The notes below the pieces were generated by a model. That model had not been told where the DNA came from. It was given only the letters and a program-made list of their open reading frames with translations, and ran no database searches. The translations under genes and the position numbers were made by a program. A stretch of 64,000 nucleotides of DNA, taken from the NCBI GenBank assembly GCA_029261065.1, contig JAJDCB010000030.1:48196-112195 (forward strand). Reading direction: 5' to 3'. Shown one piece after another: positions 60,384 to 64,000 of the stretch. Source of the stretch: Candidatus Omnitrophota bacterium (GTDB taxonomy: Bacteria; Omnitrophota; Gorgyraeia; Zapsychrales; Zapsychraceae). Within the stretch, counting starts at the first letter, position 1. Each line of letters begins with the position of its first letter.

Positions 60384-61571
60384 ATGTCGTCTAAAAATAT
60401 TTTTGCAAAACGAACAAATTGGCCGTTAGAAATTAATCAGATTAGTGAACGGCTTAGCTATCTTAAGAAAAATAAAATCCCCTATATTGATCTTACCTTA
60501 TCAAATCCAACCCGGTGTGGTTTTGATTATCCTTCCAAAGAAATATTGTCAGCTTTAAGTGATGAAAGGGCAATGGAATATTATCCAGAATCATTTGGAT
60601 TGGATGATGCGCGTAATGCGGTTTGTGATTATTATCGTAAAAAAGGTTTAAAGGTCGATAAGAATCAGATTATTCTAACGTCAAGCACATCAGAGGCGTA
60701 TTCTTATTTATTTCGTTTGTTAGCAAATCCCAATGACCGCGTTCTTTTCCCACAACCAAGTTATCCGTTGTTTGAATTTTTAGTAGATCTGCATGATTTA
60801 CGAATGGGGTATTACACCCTTAACTATGATGGGGCATGGGGGCTGGGTGAAGATTTTTTAAATAATTTTGATAAATCGACACGTGCCTTTATTTTGGTTA
60901 ATCCGAATAACCCAACAGGCTCTTATATAAAGTTTTTAGAGTTAGCTCGAATTAATGATCTTTGTGATGAATACGAGGTGCCTATTATTTGTGACGAAGT
61001 TTTTCATGATTTTCCGTTTAATGAGAAGCTTAAACCAATAAGCATGGTGACAAATAATAAAGTTTTAACCTTTACGTTAGGTGGGTTATCGAAATCTTTG
61101 GGTTTGCCCCAAATGAAATTATCTTGGATTGTGATCAATGGCCCTGTTAACCTGGTTGAGGAAGCTAAAAAGCGTTTGGAGATTATCGCCGATACGTATC
61201 TTTCTGTAAATACACCAGCTCAACTTTCTTTAAGACAATGGTTTACGCTCAAAGATAATATTCAAAGCCAAATAAAGTCGCGCATATTAAACAATTATCA
61301 TTTTGCTCAGCAGCAAGTTAAGTTATTGAAACGTATACAATTGTTGGATGTTGAAGGAGGCTGGTATATTACATTAAAGTTATCCACTTCACGTAATGAG
61401 GATGAATGGGTGTTAAAGTTGCTTAATAATTATCATGTCTATGTTCATCCAGGGTATTTCTTTGATTTTGATCAAGGAAATCATCTCATTGTTAGTTTAT
61501 TGGGACCTCAAGAGGCCTTCCAAGAGGGTTTGACGAGAGTTTTAAGCCGAATTGAGCAAGAAGGCGGATAG
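60384..61571 (+). CDS. PLP-dependent aminotransferase class I/II
   Basis: NPNNPTG, DEVF, GLSK. Confidence 0.88.
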   Translation: MSSKNIFAKRTNWPLEINQISERLSYLKKNKIPYIDLTLSNPTRCGFDYPSKEILSALSDERAMEYYPESFGLDDARNAVCDYYRKKGLKVDKNQIILTSSTSEAYSYLFRLLANPNDRVLFPQPSYPLFEFLVDLHDLRMGYYTLNYDGAWGLGEDFLNNFDKSTRAFILVNPNNPTGSYIKFLELARINDLCDEYEVPIICDEVFHDFPFNEKLKPISMVTNNKVLTFTLGGLSKSLGLPQMKLSWIVINGPVNLVEEAKKRLEIIADTYLSVNTPAQLSLRQWFTLKDNIQSQIKSRILNNYHFAQQQVKLLKRIQLLDVEGGWYITLKLSTSRNEDEWVLKLLNNYHVYVHPGYFFDFDQGNHLIVSLLGPQEAFQEGLTRVLSRIEQEGG

Positions 61572-61646
61572 CTTTTTAAAGCCCTTTAAATGAAGACAAA
61601 TGATGTTATAATGTGAAAAATATAAAGAGCGTAAGGAGTTACAATT

Positions 61647-62120
61647 ATGAGTGAAAGACCTCAATGGGATGAATATTTTTTAAAGTTGGCCATGTTGGCC
61701 TCAGAGAGGGCAACGTGTCCACGTATGCATTGTGGGTGTGTTTTGGTCAAGGATAAGGAGGTTATTGCCTCTGGATATAATGGTTCTATTCCTGGAGATG
61801 TGCATTGTGAGGATGAGGGGTGTTTGATTGTTGATAATCATTGTGTGAGGACGGTTCATGCAGAGATGAATGCTGTTGTTCAGGCTGCCAAAAGAGGGCA
61901 TGCCGTTAAAGGAGCTACCGCTTATGTGACAAATATGCCGTGTTCAACGTGTGCCAAATCTTTAATTGCGGCGGGTATAAAACGGGTTGTTGTTTTTTCA
62001 GATTATCATGATACGCTAGCTCTTGATTTTTTTAAGACAGCCAACGTTGTGATAGATAAGATAAAAATGCCCTCTACGACTATTTCTTATAACTTAAAAG
62101 ATTATTCTTCAGCGAGGTAA
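61647..62120 (+). CDS. dCMP deaminase family (ComEB-like)
   Basis: GYNG, HAEMNA, PCSTC. Confidence 0.9.
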   Translation: MSERPQWDEYFLKLAMLASERATCPRMHCGCVLVKDKEVIASGYNGSIPGDVHCEDEGCLIVDNHCVRTVHAEMNAVVQAAKRGHAVKGATAYVTNMPCSTCAKSLIAAGIKRVVVFSDYHDTLALDFFKTANVVIDKIKMPSTTISYNLKDYSSAR

Positions 62121-62124
62121 CCTT

Positions 62125-62520
62125 ATGAGCAAAGCTAAAGTTCTTATAGCAGATGATGAGCCTGAAATTCTCGATGTCATGGTACGTAAAGTGGCTTTGG
62201 AAGGTTACGAGGTTTTTGATGCGAAGGATGGTCAGGAGGCCTGGGAGAAGATTCAAAAAGAAAATCCGGATGTTATCGTTTTAGACATTACAATGCCTCA
62301 CAAAGGTGGGTTAGAGGTTTTAAGGGATCTTCGTAAAAATCCTTCGTCTTTGAAATGGCAACCGGTTATTTTAGTATCAGCTCATCGGGATTTAGAAGAT
62401 TTAAAAAAAGGCTTCGCGCTTGAGGCAGATCATTACATTGGTAAACCTTGTCGCGTGGAAGATATTATAAAGGCTATTAAATTGATGTTAAGTTTAGCTC
62501 CCAAAAGAGATGTTCTCTAA
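62125..62520 (+). CDS. Single-domain response regulator
   Basis: ADDE, LDITMP, KP. Confidence 0.88.
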   Translation: MSKAKVLIADDEPEILDVMVRKVALEGYEVFDAKDGQEAWEKIQKENPDVIVLDITMPHKGGLEVLRDLRKNPSSLKWQPVILVSAHRDLEDLKKGFALEADHYIGKPCRVEDIIKAIKLMLSLAPKRDVL

Positions 62521-62609
62521 AATACAAATGATTAGAAGTTTTTCAATAATTAATTTTAGTTTAGTTTAATGGGCCTGAAGTTAATTTTGAATAACTTCTA
62601 GAAGAATAT

Positions 62610-63413
62610 ATGAAGATTATTTTAGTATTTATTTTATTTATAGTCCTTTTTGTTCTTTATGTGCGTTACCTAGAAAATAAAACTCTTTTTTATCCAGCCA
62701 AATTATTATCATCAACTCCAAATGATATTGGTGTCTCCTACGAAGATGTCTTTATAACTACTGAAGATGGCTGTAAGTTACATGGTTGGTTTGTTCCTGC
62801 AGAAGATAGCCGCAGTACATTACTTTTTTTTCATGGCAATGCGGGTAATATTTCTGATAGATTAGGAAAGATTCAACTTTTTCATCGGATGCGTTTAAAT
62901 GTGTTGATTATCGATTATAGAGGTTTTGGACAAAGTAACGGTAAGCCAACAGAATCAGGAATGTACTTAGATGCAAAGGCTGCTTTTGATTATTTGAAAA
63001 ATAGTAAAAAAGATATGCTTGATTCCCTTATTGTTTATGGCGCTTCGTTAGGTGGCGTAGCTGCCATTAATTTGGCATCTCGTGAAGAGATAACAGCGTT
63101 AATTGTAGATTCATCTTTTTCTAATGCCGTTGATATGGCGAAAAGGATTTATCCTTTTATTCCATCATTTTTGGTGACCATAAAGCTGGATAATATTTCA
63201 AAGATAAAAAAAATATCAATACCGAAGCTTTTTATTCATAGTGTTGATGATATGACGATTCCTTATTCTTTGGGCCAAAAATTGTTTGAAGCAGCCAAAG
63301 ATCCAAAAGAGATGCTTACAATTAGTGGGGGGCATAATGATGGTCATATTCATGACGAAGAAAAATACAACTCCGCAATTGAGATATTTTTAGATCAACA
63401 TCAATTACGATAA
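62610..63413 (+). CDS. Alpha/beta hydrolase (ABHD13/Bem46-like)
   Basis: FHGNAGN, DYRGFG, GASLGG, GGHND. Confidence 0.85.
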   Translation: MKIILVFILFIVLFVLYVRYLENKTLFYPAKLLSSTPNDIGVSYEDVFITTEDGCKLHGWFVPAEDSRSTLLFFHGNAGNISDRLGKIQLFHRMRLNVLIIDYRGFGQSNGKPTESGMYLDAKAAFDYLKNSKKDMLDSLIVYGASLGGVAAINLASREEITALIVDSSFSNAVDMAKRIYPFIPSFLVTIKLDNISKIKKISIPKLFIHSVDDMTIPYSLGQKLFEAAKDPKEMLTISGGHNDGHIHDEEKYNSAIEIFLDQHQLR

Positions 63414-63431
63414 CAAAGGTAGTCGTTTACA

Positions 63432-64000
63432 ATGACAGAAAATATTACAAGTTTACAAAATCCTCGGATTAAACAATTGGTTAAATTGCGTGATCGTAAG
63501 ACACGCGATAAAACAGGTTATACTCTAATTGACGGATTGCGCGAATTAATGCTAGCCGTTAGTTCAAAGCAAGAGATAAAGGAAATATTTATTTGTTCGC
63601 CTTTGTTAGATGAAAAAAGTTATCGTATTATAAAAAAGCAGAAAGTATCCGTTTTCGAAGTTCCAAAAAAAGTATTTGATAAAATTAGTTACGGAGATCG
63701 TCAAGAAGGGCTTCTTGCTGTTTGTCAGCCAAAGCAATCTTCTATTACTAATTTAACATTGCCCAAAAATCCACTTTGTGTTGTTATCGAACATCTTGAG
63801 AAACCAGGAAATCTAGGAGCCATTTTAAGAACGTGTGATGGAGCTGGTGTTGATGCAGTGTTTGCTTGTGAATCTTTAACAGATCTTTATAACCCTAATG
63901 TGATTCGAGCAAGTTTGGGAACAGTTTTTTCTGTTAACACAGTTGTTTGTACGAATGAAGAGGCGTATGGCTATTTTCAAGATCACAACATTACAAGTTG
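63432..64000 (+). CDS. TrmH/SpoU-family RNA methyltransferase (3'-truncated by window)
   Basis: Manual translation MTENITSLQNPRIKQLVKL..EKPGNLGAILRTCD..YNPNVIRASLG. Confidence 0.85.
   Translation, partial: MTENITSLQNPRIKQLVKLRDRKTRDKTGYTLIDGLRELMLAVSSKQEIKEIFICSPLLDEKSYRIIKKQKVSVFEVPKKVFDKISYGDRQEGLLAVCQPKQSSITNLTLPKNPLCVVIEHLEKPGNLGAILRTCDGAGVDAVFACESLTDLYNPNVIRASLGTVFSVNTVVCTNEEAYGYFQDHNITS

Noticed and set aside
822-61901. Numerous short overlapping or antisense ORFs in the track (e.g. 6948-7286, 25315-25644, 31591-32076, 55531-56001)
   Set aside because: They lie within well-supported genes and show no independent motifs.

Overview
Bacterial chromosome segment, AT-rich and mostly + strand. 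The many GT-C and TMTC/TPR membrane glycosyltransferases suggest a PVC-like (possibly Omnitrophota) host, but that is only a tentative inference. Bases 1-4.5 kb hold a polyferredoxin/ferredoxin/MOSC cluster, followed by tRNA-His(GTG) at 4594-4671. A ~12.2 kb integrative element (4665-16864, flanked by a 9-bp CACCCCATT direct repeat) sits at the tRNA 3' end. It carries a large serine recombinase (LSR), a MerR-type HTH, an iteron-like origin, an AEP primase-SF3 helicase, a DUF5681/TerS-like gene, a HEPN-like gene and a run of co-oriented exported-protein genes. Main observation: the att site lies inside the LSR 3' end. In the integrated state the LSR stops within the antisense tRNA (..KWGE*), while the missing in-frame tail (GWLKQVRTCLLATH*) is encoded at attR. 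Two, possibly three, further att-like tail copies split the cargo into small units, like an LSR-built cassette array. An IS481-family element follows attR. The rest is host DNA: trxA, panD, def, lipA, mlaEFD, mscS, greA, rlmB, two-component genes, a dispersed palindromic REP-like family and large glycosylation loci, including a GT-C/phosphoribulokinase-like fusion operon.
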